DNA of 60,445 nucleotides from IMG/VR virus record IMGVR_UViG_3300036985_010229, positions 1 to 60,445 of that record, one strand, 5' to 3'. Each line of letters begins with the position of its first letter. Position 1 is the stretch's first letter. A program made the position numbers and the translations under genes. The notes beneath the pieces are model-generated. The model made no database searches. It saw only the letters and a program-made list of their open reading frames with translations, and was not told the DNA's origin. Origin of the DNA: a virus. Its lineage: Duplodnaviria > Caudoviricetes. This document shows, piece by piece, positions 37,650-46,461 of the stretch.

Positions 37650-38819
37650 CTACCCCTTGATACACAAAACCTGCTTCAGTTCGTGCTTGACCTCGACCAG
37701 GTCGCGCTGGTTCTCCATGACCCGGTCAATGTTCTTGTAGGCGCTGGGGATCTCGTCGAGAACACCCCCGTCCTTGCGGCACTCGACGCCAGCCGTCTGC
37801 TCTTCGAGGTCGTCCCTCGTGAACCGACGCTTGGCCTCGCCACGGGACATTCGGCGGCCTGCCCCATGCGAGGCAGAGCAGAAGCTCTCAGCGCAGCCGA
37901 GCCCGCTCACGATATAGCTCTTGGTGCCCATGGAGCCGGGAATGATCCCCAACTCTCCGAGCCGGGCCGAGATCGCACCCTTGCGGGTCACGAACAGGTC
38001 GTCCCCGAAGTGCGTCTCCTCAGAGACGTAGTTGTGGTGACACGCGATCACCGGGTCGTACTCGATCTGCGGGAAGTGGTCGAGCAGCACGTCCTTGAGG
38101 AGCGAGACCATGACCTGGCGGTTCTCAGCCGCGTACCGCTGCGCCCAGAACAGGTCGTGCCTGTAGTCCTGCATTTCCTTCGTGCCAGCGAGGAACACGG
38201 CGAGGTCTCGGTCCACCAGGACCTGGTTGTGTTCGAGCTTCTTCGCAGCCGAGATATGGATCTCAGCGAGGGTCTTCCCAATGTTCCGGGAGCCCGAGTG
38301 GAGCATGACCCACACCCGCCTCTCGGTATCTATGCAGACCTCAATGAAGTGGTTGCCGCCGCCGAGCGTCCCCATTTGGATCTGCGCCTTCGACAGGTCC
38401 GACTGCACCTTCGGGTGCAGGTTCTTGAACTCCTCCCACAGCCTGCTCTTGCGAGAGTAGGGGCTCATTCCCTTGCTGTGCCCGTTGTGGGCGACAGGGA
38501 CAGCCGCCTCGAAGTCGTTGCGGAGCGCGAGGAGCGAGTGGGGCAGGTCGTGCGAGCGGAGATTGGTGCGGATCGCAGCCATGCCGCAGCCAATGTCCAC
38601 GCCGACCGCAGCCGGGGACACAGCGCCCTTCATGGCGACGACGCTTCCGACCGTCGCTCCGATCCCGTAGTGAACGTCGGGCATGACCGCGACGTGGTGT
38701 GCGACCCACGGCAGCGAGGCCGTGTTGCGAAGCTGCGTCAACGCCGCCGACTCGACCTCCTCAAGGGGGGACCAGATCTTGACCGGGACGTGCGACGAAC
38801 TGATTTCGGAGATTGACAT
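37650..38819 (-). CDS. rtcB: RNA-splicing/repair ligase RtcB
   Basis: MPDVH.G.GATVG, VGVDIGCG, GTLGGGNHF, HSGSR, HHNY, GIIPGSMG, SHGAGR, DEIP.AYK, C-terminal KG. Confidence 0.95.
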   Translation of the reverse strand: MSISEISSSHVPVKIWSPLEEVESAALTQLRNTASLPWVAHHVAVMPDVHYGIGATVGSVVAMKGAVSPAAVGVDIGCGMAAIRTNLRSHDLPHSLLALRNDFEAAVPVAHNGHSKGMSPYSRKSRLWEEFKNLHPKVQSDLSKAQIQMGTLGGGNHFIEVCIDTERRVWVMLHSGSRNIGKTLAEIHISAAKKLEHNQVLVDRDLAVFLAGTKEMQDYRHDLFWAQRYAAENRQVMVSLLKDVLLDHFPQIEYDPVIACHHNYVSEETHFGDDLFVTRKGAISARLGELGIIPGSMGTKSYIVSGLGCAESFCSASHGAGRRMSRGEAKRRFTRDDLEEQTAGVECRKDGGVLDEIPSAYKNIDRVMENQRDLVEVKHELKQVLCIKG

Positions 38820-38837
38820 GAGCCACCTGGAGAGCCC

Positions 38838-39458
38838 TTACGCCTTTCGGCGGAAGGCGAACTTCATGCTCTTGTCGCTCACGTCGAGCTTCTCCAGCGT
38901 CCAGTAGGTCGCGAAGGACGAGCGGATCTCGTCCTCTGTGTGCCAGCGGAACGCCGTCACGTCGAGGTCCCAGGGCATGGCCTGAAGGTGGAAGACCCTC
39001 GCCCCGAAGAACCCCGACGCCTCGACGTACCTGCGCCCGCCGAACGTGTACGAGCGGAGAGACCACTTTGGCTTCACGAAGGCGTTGCAGACAAAGATTG
39101 CGCCTGGGGCCGTCGCCTCGTGAAGTGCCCTGGCCGTCCGGTACAGATTGAGGTAGCCGAGCGCCTGCCGACAGACGACGAAGTTCCACCCGTGATAGCG
39201 GTACGTCTGGTCGAGGTCTTCGGCCCGTCCCCTGAGGGTGGGCACTCTCGGGTCAGGGCACCGGGGGTTCAGGTCGTAGAGGGTCGGGCTCCCGCCCATT
39301 GCGAGGGCCGCACGCGAGACGGCACCCGTGCCCCCACAGAGGTCGAGGAGGGTGTGCTGCTGTGGGTCGTAGCCGCCCCACAGCAGCAACTCGCCGGGCT
39401 TCACCAGCCACCGGGCGTAGAGCGTCTCGTAGCTGTCCGTGGTGCAGTCGAGCATCAC
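38838..39458 (-). CDS. class I SAM-dependent methyltransferase
   Basis: LLDLCGGTG motif I, LYDLN, GRAEDL, VVCRQALGY, PG..FV. Confidence 0.75.
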   Translation of the reverse strand: MMLDCTTDSYETLYARWLVKPGELLLWGGYDPQQHTLLDLCGGTGAVSRAALAMGGSPTLYDLNPRCPDPRVPTLRGRAEDLDQTYRYHGWNFVVCRQALGYLNLYRTARALHEATAPGAIFVCNAFVKPKWSLRSYTFGGRRYVEASGFFGARVFHLQAMPWDLDVTAFRWHTEDEIRSSFATYWTLEKLDVSDKSMKFAFRRKA

Positions 39459-39763
39459 TCCTCCGACGAGGTTGTGGTGTTGCCCAATTGGGCACCAGCG
39501 TTACGGCAGATCAGGGAGACGAGAAGGTCGGCGTTGTCAACGTGGAGGGGGCTGCACCCTCGTCCGTTGAGCCTCTTCTCAAGAAGGTCCTCGAAGGTGA
39601 TTGGGAAGGGAATGTTCAGCCCCATCTCCTGCGCCATTTGCTGGATCCGTCGTGCCGCTTGGTGGCTTTGGCAGACGATGTAACCGCCCTGCTCTGCACA
39701 GAGACGGATGAGGGCAATGGTCTTCCCGCCGCCACGAGGGCCTGTGATGTTTGCCATTTTCAA
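39455..39763 (-). CDS. minimal P-loop NTPase-like protein
   Basis: ITGPRGGGKT Walker A; LHVDNAD resembles Walker B. Confidence 0.6.
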   Translation of the reverse strand: MKMANITGPRGGGKTIALIRLCAEQGGYIVCQSHQAARRIQQMAQEMGLNIPFPITFEDLLEKRLNGRGCSPLHVDNADLLVSLICRNAGAQLGNTTTSSEE

Positions 39764-39768
39764 CCTAC

Positions 39769-40935
39769 TCAGGGCGCGAGCGTGAAGACGCAGCCGTGGC
39801 CTTCGAGGTTGAAGGGAATGTCGAGGTCCGGGAGATCTCGGTCGTTGTCACGGACCGAGCCTGGGGGGGCGTAGGGGAGCGTGACGAACTGCCTGGGCTC
39901 TTCGTGTAGGTGGACGACTGCGACCTCCCCGTACTTCGCCAGCACGCTCAGGAGCAGTGGTGCGTTGAGGGTCGCCTTCTGACCGTCGAGCGTCTGAACG
40001 ACGTGCCTCACGCGGTCCACCCCGGTCACGATCACGGCGTCCTTCGAGGCGAACAGGGTGCCCTTCTCACGAGGGCTGACCAGCACGCTCCGGTCGTCGA
40101 TCCGAACGGCGACCGACCCGAACACCCGGTCCTGGCCGTCAGGCCGCTTCATGAATCGGTCCCGATAGCAAGTGCAAACGTGGTCGAAGAGCTTCTTTGC
40201 CGATTCGAGCCTGTCCTCGTCCACAATGATTGGGCTGGGCTGGCTCTCCGTCCGGTAGAACTTGTCGTCGATCACGGACCTCAACTCCGAGTACATGGCC
40301 CCGAAGCTCTCGGTGACCTTCTGCCGACCGTCCGGGTACACGAGCGTCTTGACCTTCAGATCGGAGAGGTCGTTCGCGACCACGACGTTGCAGTGGCCCT
40401 TGAGGAGCGTGTGGTACGCCGCCTTGAGCAGGTCCTCACGCGACGCCCCCGCTGTCATCTTGCACCCGATCAGTGTCAGCTTCGGATTGAGCTTCCGCAT
40501 TCGGTCGATCACTCGGGGGGCGAGGTAGAACGGAATGTTGATCACGTCCCCTTCCTCGTAGCCCTCGGTCGCCATCTTCCCCTTGATCGGGCTCTGCGGG
40601 ATCCAGTTGACGACCGCCGCCGCCATGACCGCCGCGTCCACCTGGGGCGCGAGCGCGTAGCAGTGCTCGGCATACGACTCGTAGCCGTTCTGGTAGAGCA
40701 CCTCGAACGTCGGGAACTCCCCAGGCACATAGCGGACCGGGGGGGTCTCCCGCACCGTCTTCTCCAGGGACGCCTTGTCGAAGGTGTCCGGCAGGAGCAG
40801 CGTGACGTGGTAGCCTTGGCTCAGCAGCCAGCAGGCGAACTTCGTCGCCCAGATCCCACGGATCCGATTGCCGACGAGCTTGTTGTCATCCAACCGGCCA
40901 TACACGGTTCCGGCGGTGACGAGTACGCGCTTCAT
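39769..40935 (-). CDS. CoaB/DFP-like (phosphopantothenoylcysteine-synthetase fold) domain fused to a class II aldolase-like domain
   Basis: N-terminal part: RVLVTAG.....D....GN...G, DAAVMAAAV.NW.P.....GK, LIG.K, VVANDL. C-terminal part: FGSVAVR, LNAPL, VVHLH, Y..PGS, LEGHG. Confidence 0.7.
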   Translation of the reverse strand: MKRVLVTAGTVYGRLDDNKLVGNRIRGIWATKFACWLLSQGYHVTLLLPDTFDKASLEKTVRETPPVRYVPGEFPTFEVLYQNGYESYAEHCYALAPQVDAAVMAAAVVNWIPQSPIKGKMATEGYEEGDVINIPFYLAPRVIDRMRKLNPKLTLIGCKMTAGASREDLLKAAYHTLLKGHCNVVVANDLSDLKVKTLVYPDGRQKVTESFGAMYSELRSVIDDKFYRTESQPSPIIVDEDRLESAKKLFDHVCTCYRDRFMKRPDGQDRVFGSVAVRIDDRSVLVSPREKGTLFASKDAVIVTGVDRVRHVVQTLDGQKATLNAPLLLSVLAKYGEVAVVHLHEEPRQFVTLPYAPPGSVRDNDRDLPDLDIPFNLEGHGCVFTLAP

Positions 40936-41117
40936 GCCTCACCCTTGCGAGTGAGAGGGAGGTCGTAGAGCGCCGAGATCGCGAGGAGGATCAGCGTCAC
41001 GTCGTCCGCGTCGAACGGCTTGAGGATCACGAGAGCGTCCCGAAGGCCGTCTTCGATCTGCGGCTGGGGGTCAGTCTCCACCTCGCCTGTTTCCACGTTC
41101 CGGTAGACCATTTTCAC
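40932..41117 (-). CDS. hypothetical protein
   Basis: 61 aa, coupled. Confidence 0.5.
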   Translation of the reverse strand: MKMVYRNVETGEVETDPQPQIEDGLRDALVILKPFDADDVTLILLAISALYDLPLTRKGEA

Positions 41118-41356
41118 CGACTCCTTGTGTAGACTTCGTAGACGCTGCTCACGTCCATGCAGCAGGCGTTTCCCATTCGTGGGTCGCCCTCCGAGAGCAC
41201 CTCGTACATGACGTTGATCCGCTCCCTGCCACTACTGCCGTTGATTGGGATCACAGCAGAGACACCTGTGATCTTCGCCTTCAGGAGCTTCCCGTAGTAC
41301 GGGAGGAACGCGAGGTCGCCGACCTTCAGGTCGCGTGCTTTGGTCTTGACTCGCAC
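41114..41356 (-). CDS. hypothetical protein
   Basis: 80 aa with a KARDLKVGD beta motif. Confidence 0.55.
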   Translation of the reverse strand: MRVKTKARDLKVGDLAFLPYYGKLLKAKITGVSAVIPINGSSGRERINVMYEVLSEGDPRMGNACCMDVSSVYEVYTRSR

Positions 41357-41357
41357 C

Positions 41358-41843
41358 TCAGTAGCCCACCTTCTCCATGGATTCGAGCGTCAGCTTGAGG
41401 AACAGGAAGGCCCGGTGGTACTTCTCGACTCGCTCGAAGTCCTTCGGTCGAATGCCCTTGAGCCGCGTAATGTCGCTGTTATCGCGGAGGTCTTCGAGCT
41501 TGACCCGAGCAGCGTCCTTGTTGGTTGAGATCCGCCGAACGTAGGCGTCGTAGGGCTCGCCCTTGTCGTGGGTGAGCAGCGAGAGCGCCGACAGGACCCT
41601 CGGAGAGAAGCCCTCAGCCTTCAAGGTGTCGAGGGTCACGGCACCGTTGGAGTCCTCCACACAGTCGTGGAGGATCGCAATGCACATGAGATCCTCGTCG
41701 GTCGTCCTGAGGCGCATCATCAGGCGAATCGGGTGCAGGATATAGGCGTTGCCGCCCATGTCCCTCTGGCTCTTGTGGGTGAGGGCCGCGATAGCGATAG
41801 CCCGTCCCAGCGTCGTCCCGTTCGTGGTGTCCTGGAAGCTCAT
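41358..41843 (-). CDS. HD-domain protein, RelA/SpoT-hydrolase (small alarmone hydrolase/Mesh1)-like
   Basis: H..Q.D.GG.AYI.HP, AILHDCVED, LLTH, VKLEDL.DN. Confidence 0.85.
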   Translation of the reverse strand: MSFQDTTNGTTLGRAIAIAALTHKSQRDMGGNAYILHPIRLMMRLRTTDEDLMCIAILHDCVEDSNGAVTLDTLKAEGFSPRVLSALSLLTHDKGEPYDAYVRRISTNKDAARVKLEDLRDNSDITRLKGIRPKDFERVEKYHRAFLFLKLTLESMEKVGY

Positions 41844-41863
41844 GGTGTCGCCCTTCACTCTGG

Positions 41864-41889
41864 AAGCGATTGGGACGGTGCCCTTTACA
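41864..41889 (-). promoter_or_regulatory. bipartite promoter TGTAAA-N15-CGCTT
   Basis: Motif copy heading the HD-CoaB-MTase-RtcB run. Confidence 0.8.
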
Positions 41890-42211
41890 CGTTTCCGTTC
41901 TCTTGCTTCACGCGGGCCAGCAGTCTGATCCCGAGCAGGACGCTCCCCAGGTCCGGGAAGCTATCGTGCATTGCCTGCGTGTGCGGGTCAGCCTCCGCGT
42001 TGAGGCTCCACATGAGGATCTCGGTGAGCGGCACACCCTCCTCGACCTTCCTGTTGTCGGACAGGCGGACCAACTCGTAGGTGACGACGGTGCCTCCGGC
42101 ACGGAGCCCGACCTTGCCGAGCTTCCACCCGTACTTGCCGAGCACCTTGTCGAGAGTCTTCCGGTTCTGGGACTGCTGTTCGAGCACCGGGTCGCCCTGG
42201 GTGTCACTCAT
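41885..42211 (-). CDS. hypothetical protein
   Basis: MSDTQG..., ATGA overlap. Confidence 0.55.
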   Translation of the reverse strand: MSDTQGDPVLEQQSQNRKTLDKVLGKYGWKLGKVGLRAGGTVVTYELVRLSDNRKVEEGVPLTEILMWSLNAEADPHTQAMHDSFPDLGSVLLGIRLLARVKQENGNV

Positions 42212-42402
42212 GGGTGTGCCTTCCTTTTCGCTCGCCGGGCCTTCTCGGCGCGGACCCACGCCTGGGCGCGTTCGAGGTCCTCGTGTCTGGTTTCCGGTAT
42301 GTCGTCGGAGGCGGTCTTGCCGTCGATTGCGACAGAGAGCACCACGTCGATTGCGTCGAGCGCCCTCTCCGTGAGCACCCCGTGAGTCGCCTTCAGAGTC
42401 AC
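42208..42402 (-). CDS. hypothetical protein
   Basis: 64 aa, coupled; an intragenic TGTAAG-N15-CGCTT copy lies upstream at 42454-42479. Confidence 0.55.
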   Translation of the reverse strand: MTLKATHGVLTERALDAIDVVLSVAIDGKTASDDIPETRHEDLERAQAWVRAEKARRAKRKAHP

Positions 42403-42680
42403 GTCGGCCTCGGCATGGCCATTCCGCTTCGAGGGTTCACGGGGGGCTTGGGGAAGCGCACGAGCATGAGCCTCTTACACCGCTCACAGGTCACCCGCTC
42501 CCGCTCGCGGTAGGTCACGAGGCGCTGCACCGGGGTCCTGCCACAGAGCGCGTCGGGGATCGCGTCCATGCGGAGCCCGCCGTGCTCGACTCTGAGGACG
42601 TGGACCTTCCGGCGCTTGAAGTGGTAGGTGTCCACGTCGCGCTTCGGGTCGAGCTTCAGGTGAACGGGCTGGTGCTTCAC
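42399..42680 (-). CDS. hypothetical zinc-binding protein
   Basis: VH...ALCG...VTCERC. Confidence 0.55.
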   Translation of the reverse strand: MKHQPVHLKLDPKRDVDTYHFKRRKVHVLRVEHGGLRMDAIPDALCGRTPVQRLVTYRERERVTCERCKRLMLVRFPKPPVNPRSGMAMPRPT

Positions 42681-43213
42681 GGCTTCTCCTGGTCCACGAG
42701 AGCGTGCGTGCTCCAGAAGACGATTGACTCCGCGAACTGCTGAGCCGTGAAGTCGCCCTTGGTTCCGCCTTCCAGGACCAGGAAGTTCCTGGCCATGGTC
42801 ATGGGATCCATGGGTTCCTCAATCTCGGACTCCCTCGCGTTGATTGAGACGATCTCCCAATCTGCGTCGGACGTGGCCTCGTCGCCCAGGACCTCCTTGG
42901 AGTAGAGCACCACGAAGACGTGCTTCGCCTGAACCTTCTCACCCTTCGCACGCACGCTCAGGAAGCGCGCCTCTGGCTCCCGACGTGCCTCGAACGTCGC
43001 TCGAAGCTCTGTCTGCGAGGTCACGCTCACGACGTTCGCCCGGAACTTCTCTGGAGGCACCGGCACGAGCAGCACGCCCGGCTTGTACCCCTGCCACCCC
43101 TTGTTGAGGTAGGCCGTGACAAGTGCGACGAGGTAGTTCTCGCTCCCCACGAAGTGGGAGTACGGGGACTCTGGCGTCTGCCTGCGAACGAAGTCATTGA
43201 GTGCGACAGTCAT
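42677..43213 (-). CDS. DUF3228-like protein
   Basis: F..RQ, GY.PG, VVLYSKE, WEIVSI, E.PM.P.TM.RN.L...GG. Confidence 0.7.
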   Translation of the reverse strand: MTVALNDFVRRQTPESPYSHFVGSENYLVALVTAYLNKGWQGYKPGVLLVPVPPEKFRANVVSVTSQTELRATFEARREPEARFLSVRAKGEKVQAKHVFVVLYSKEVLGDEATSDADWEIVSINARESEIEEPMDPMTMARNFLVLEGGTKGDFTAQQFAESIVFWSTHALVDQEKP

Positions 43214-43216
43214 GGT

Positions 43217-43537
43217 CTAGTACCGATCCCTATCCGCCAGAGGTCCCTGGCCCAACTCGCTGAACGAGGTCAGGTCGTTGACACACTCGGTCCCCGGCTT
43301 GAACTTCAGGGGCACGGTCTTGGTCCCCGGCTTGAACTTCAGAGGTGCGTTCAGGAGCTTCACGAAGTTCGTGTACGTCTCGCGCACGTCAGGGTGGTCG
43401 TCCATGTGGAGCCCCTGCCTGAGCACCGCCGCGAGGAACGCACGCTGGGTCTCCTTCAAGTCTCGGGCGTACTTCCGCCCCGCCTTGATTTGGGCCTGCT
43501 GTTCCTTGAGCAGAGCACGTTCGATTGCGGTGGGCAT
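43217..43537 (-). CDS. hypothetical protein with internal PLKFKPGT duplication
   Basis: 106 aa, GGCGTAAGGAG upstream. Confidence 0.6.
   Translation of the reverse strand: MPTAIERALLKEQQAQIKAGRKYARDLKETQRAFLAAVLRQGLHMDDHPDVRETYTNFVKLLNAPLKFKPGTKTVPLKFKPGTECVNDLTSFSELGQGPLADRDRY
43289..43342. repeat. 21-bp direct repeat, 33-bp period
   Basis: GGTCCCCGGCTTGAACTTCAG at 43289-43309 and 43322-43342. Confidence 0.9.
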
Positions 43538-43553
43538 GAGTCTCCTTACGCCT

Positions 43554-43778
43554 CTACTCGTCGGCGAACTTGCTGTGCCCTGCGGCGTACTCGTCGAGGT
43601 AGTCGAGCATGACCTTCTCGGGGTCGCCTCGGAGCAGGCCGATCCAGACCTCAGCCCCGCGCTGCCACTCGGTCGGGCGCTCCTGGTCGGTCTTGGTGAG
43701 CACCTTGCTCGCGATCTTCTCGTAGTAGACGAGCACCTTGCGGGCTGCCATTCGCTCTGCCTTCGTTGGGGCTGCCAT
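43554..43778 (-). CDS. hypothetical protein
   Basis: GAGGAG SD, TAATG coupling. Confidence 0.6.
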   Translation of the reverse strand: MAAPTKAERMAARKVLVYYEKIASKVLTKTDQERPTEWQRGAEVWIGLLRGDPEKVMLDYLDEYAAGHSKFADE

Positions 43779-44011
43779 TACTCCTCGCTTTCCTGTTGCC
43801 ACGTTTCACCACTGTCTGCTGACACGAGCGGAGGGGTTCCCTGGGGAGCCCGACGGGACACCCCGGCGGGCAGGTCGTCGCTCCCTCGCAGGTTCCAGGC
43901 CGAGACCTTGAACACGATCTTGTGCAGGCACCCGCCGACCGCTTGGTCGCACAGGCCGCAGCACCGGACTTTTTCCTGGAGGGGACGAGCACTTGTCCGG
44001 TAGGGGTTCAT
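43778..44011 (-). CDS. small Cys-containing protein
   Basis: MNPYRT...CCGLC...C. Confidence 0.45.
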   Translation of the reverse strand: MNPYRTSARPLQEKVRCCGLCDQAVGGCLHKIVFKVSAWNLRGSDDLPAGVSRRAPQGTPPLVSADSGETWQQESEE

Positions 44012-44352
44012 GCCCGCCTCTTCGCCTGTTCCTCCGCCCACGCCCTCTCTTCGAGGTCAGCAGCGGCGAGGACTTCACCCAGACGAGCCTGACACCCCAG
44101 ACAGTTCACGACCTCACCGCTCCGAATGCCGACCCACACCTCGGTCACCGGCCAGCGAGTCTCCGACAGCCAGTGCGTCTCTCGAAGGCGACCGCAGATC
44201 GGGTCGCCCTTAGCGTAGGCGTGAACCAGGGTGTCAGGGTTCAACTCCAGGAGGATCTTGACGATCTCGGCGTCTGCACCCTTGGGCTTGCCGAGCCCAC
44301 GGCTCTTGTCCACGAGCTTTCGGACCATGCGGTATGCGTTCTCGACGCTCAT
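44008..44352 (-). CDS. hypothetical zinc-binding protein
   Basis: VH...PICG...VNCLGC. Confidence 0.55.
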   Translation of the reverse strand: MSVENAYRMVRKLVDKSRGLGKPKGADAEIVKILLELNPDTLVHAYAKGDPICGRLRETHWLSETRWPVTEVWVGIRSGEVVNCLGCQARLGEVLAAADLEERAWAEEQAKRRA

Positions 44353-44633
44353 GAGATTGAGTCCTCCCCCTCGATCTTGACCTGCTCCAAGTGGAGCACG
44401 AGCTTGCCGTCGAGCGCGGCGAACCAGAACTTCGCAGGGGCCTCGTTGATCACCCGCTTCCGGTGCGTCGCGCACGGACCCCACTCGACCTGGAGCCCCT
44501 CTGGCAGCGTGCCGTTGAGGTCTTGGGCGAGCGCGAGGTAGCAGGCACTCACGTCGAGGACTTCGTCACCCGTCACGGTGTCGGTGACAGTGGCGTCTAT
44601 GATCGCGTCGTGGATCTCGTGTCCGGCATTCAT
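44349..44633 (-). CDS. hypothetical protein
   Basis: GGAGG SD, 94 aa. Confidence 0.55.
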   Translation of the reverse strand: MNAGHEIHDAIIDATVTDTVTGDEVLDVSACYLALAQDLNGTLPEGLQVEWGPCATHRKRVINEAPAKFWFAALDGKLVLHLEQVKIEGEDSIS

Positions 44634-44635
44634 GG

Positions 44636-44839
44636 TCAGTCCTCCATTGCGGAGTCGAACCCGCAGATACAACCCTCGTTACGCGGATCAGCGTCACACG
44701 GGGCCGTGTGCATTGCGTCGAGGTTCGTGTCGGCGTTGGGGCCGTTCGACGTGACGGCCTTGATCGCCTCACGCAGTCGGTCCCGCTGCTTCCGCAGGAT
44801 CTCGATCTCCAGCTTGAGCCATGACTCTTCGTGTTCCAT
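44636..44839 (-). CDS. hypothetical protein
   Basis: 67 aa, H...C......C.CG; promoter upstream. Confidence 0.6.
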   Translation of the reverse strand: MEHEESWLKLEIEILRKQRDRLREAIKAVTSNGPNADTNLDAMHTAPCDADPRNEGCICGFDSAMED

Positions 44840-44858
44840 GCCGAACCTTCCACCCGTG

Positions 44859-44951
44859 AAGCGATTGGGGAGGGTGCCCTTACACGATTGAGGTCACGAA
44901 AAGATTCGTGTATCATGTAAAAGCTCCTTCCCCGTCCGCTTATGGCGTAAG
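44859..44951. promoter_or_regulatory. divergent pair of bipartite promoters plus GGCGTAAG
   Basis: Minus TGTAAG-N15-CGCTT at 44859-44884; plus TGTAAA-N15-CGCTT at 44916-44941; GGCGTAAG at 44944-44951. Confidence 0.8.
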
Positions 44952-44961
44952 GAGATAGAGC

Positions 44962-45243
44962 ATGACCCCCCAGCTACACGTCAGGACCGGCCAGGACTCT
45001 TCGGGCGACACTCACGTCGAGGTGTTCGTCCCGGAAGGCTTCAGCGAGGGCACCTACGTCGCTGGGTGGATCCTCAAGGACGCAAAGCTCGCTGCACGGC
45101 TTGCACGGGCGTGCGAGGCGGGCGTCGTCCTGACGGGGATCACCGTCTTCAAGACCTCAACCGGGAAGACGATCCCGATCGCAGCCCGCAACAACGTGAT
45201 CGGACGCACGGCGAACGCCGACCTCAAACGGCTCGGATTCTGA
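44962..45243 (+). CDS. hypothetical protein
   Basis: 93 aa, TAAGGAG SD. Confidence 0.7.
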   Translation: MTPQLHVRTGQDSSGDTHVEVFVPEGFSEGTYVAGWILKDAKLAARLARACEAGVVLTGITVFKTSTGKTIPIAARNNVIGRTANADLKRLGF

Positions 45244-45261
45244 ACGAGAGGGACACCCTGC

Positions 45262-45474
45262 GTGTGCAAGAAACGTGACCTGAAGGACATTCTTGACTGG
45301 GTGAGATCAGAGGGTTGGACCGTCCTCTACACAGGTGGAGGCCACCTGAAACTTCAGCCGCCCCAAGGGGGCGGCGGACCTATCTTCTGCGGCTCCACGC
45401 CGAGCGACCCGAGATCGCTCCTCAATCTGAAGGCTCACCTGAAACGAGCGGGCCTCAAACGCTCAGGGAAGTAG
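45262..45474 (+). CDS. HicA-like (dsRBD-fold) mRNA-interferase family protein
   Basis: L..IL......GW.V..TGGGHLKL..P.G...(I/V)....TPSD.R...N...L.R.G. Confidence 0.7.
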   Translation: MCKKRDLKDILDWVRSEGWTVLYTGGGHLKLQPPQGGGGPIFCGSTPSDPRSLLNLKAHLKRAGLKRSGK

Positions 45475-45475
45475 C

Positions 45476-46009
45476 TCAGGCTTCTTCGATCGGGCGCTTG
45501 ACGGGCCGCAGTGGGGCGTGAACCAGCTTGGTGGACGCCATGTCCTGGTTGAAGGCGTCGTTCTCGACTGACGCAATCGCGTCAGCCTCGGCGACGATCC
45601 CCCGGAGCCTCAGGGCGAGCAGAATGCACTGGTTGATCGAGAGCAGGATCCCCAAGTGCATTGAGGGAATCGTGTAGTAGGAGCCCTCCCCAATCCTCTC
45701 GGGCTTGCGCTCTGCCCGTGCAGCAAGAATGTCCAGGTAGTCACCCACGTCCCTCGCCGGGACCGTGAGGATCAGGCCGTCGATCGGGTCGAGCCTGTAG
45801 ATCTTGCGGTTGACCTGAGCGATCCCACCCAGGTCGAGCCACGCGCTGCCCTGGGGCTTGCACTCCATTTTCGCGACGACCATGCCGGGCTGAACCGTCG
45901 CAGCCCAAACTGCTTCGAGCGCAGGCACCACGGACTCCTCGCAGACCGTCCTAGGAGGCGCGTGCGTCGAGGTGTCGTCGAACAAGGGATTGAGAAACAC
46001 CCAGGTCAT
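45476..46009 (-). CDS. hypothetical protein
   Basis: 177 aa, GAGGTG SD. Confidence 0.65.
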   Translation of the reverse strand: MTWVFLNPLFDDTSTHAPPRTVCEESVVPALEAVWAATVQPGMVVAKMECKPQGSAWLDLGGIAQVNRKIYRLDPIDGLILTVPARDVGDYLDILAARAERKPERIGEGSYYTIPSMHLGILLSINQCILLALRLRGIVAEADAIASVENDAFNQDMASTKLVHAPLRPVKRPIEEA

Positions 46010-46019
46010 GGCTCACCTC

Positions 46020-46457
46020 TCATGAGAGTCTGTCCGCGTAGTGGTAGACCTCACGCGGATTGAAGTCCTCGGCAACCGGGTGCCCTCGGTACGCCCGTCG
46101 AGGCCAGAGCGTGCTGTCCTTGGGGAGGCAGACACCCCCCAGGAGAGGGCCAACCTCTCGGTTCAAGACCTGCCCCACATGACGGTCCTGATTGAACCCG
46201 ACAGACCCCTTGACGTGCCGACAGGCCCGGAGCACTTCCTCGGTCCGCTTGAAGGTCAGGAGCTTCTTCCCGCACGCCTGGCAGGTCGCGTCGTGCCCAA
46301 GAGAGGCGGGGATCTGCACATAGACGCCCGGCCAATCCCTGAAGTCCCAGTGGCGCGACACGACCCAGACGTGCCCACCGTGCTTCTTGCACCGGGCCTC
46401 CAGGTGGTCGTAGACCGCCCGCTTGATTGAGGTGAGAAGATTCGTCCAGAGGCTCAT
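46020..46457 (-). CDS. hypothetical protein
   Basis: C..HGGH.W...C..CG. Confidence 0.55.
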   Translation of the reverse strand: MSLWTNLLTSIKRAVYDHLEARCKKHGGHVWVVSRHWDFRDWPGVYVQIPASLGHDATCQACGKKLLTFKRTEEVLRACRHVKGSVGFNQDRHVGQVLNREVGPLLGGVCLPKDSTLWPRRAYRGHPVAEDFNPREVYHYADRLS

Positions 46458-46461
46458 GGGC

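Noticed and set aside
39769-40935. Bona fide coaBC
   Set aside because: It lacks the flavoprotein CoaC domain, several CoaB motifs are divergent, and an unrelated C-terminal domain is fused.
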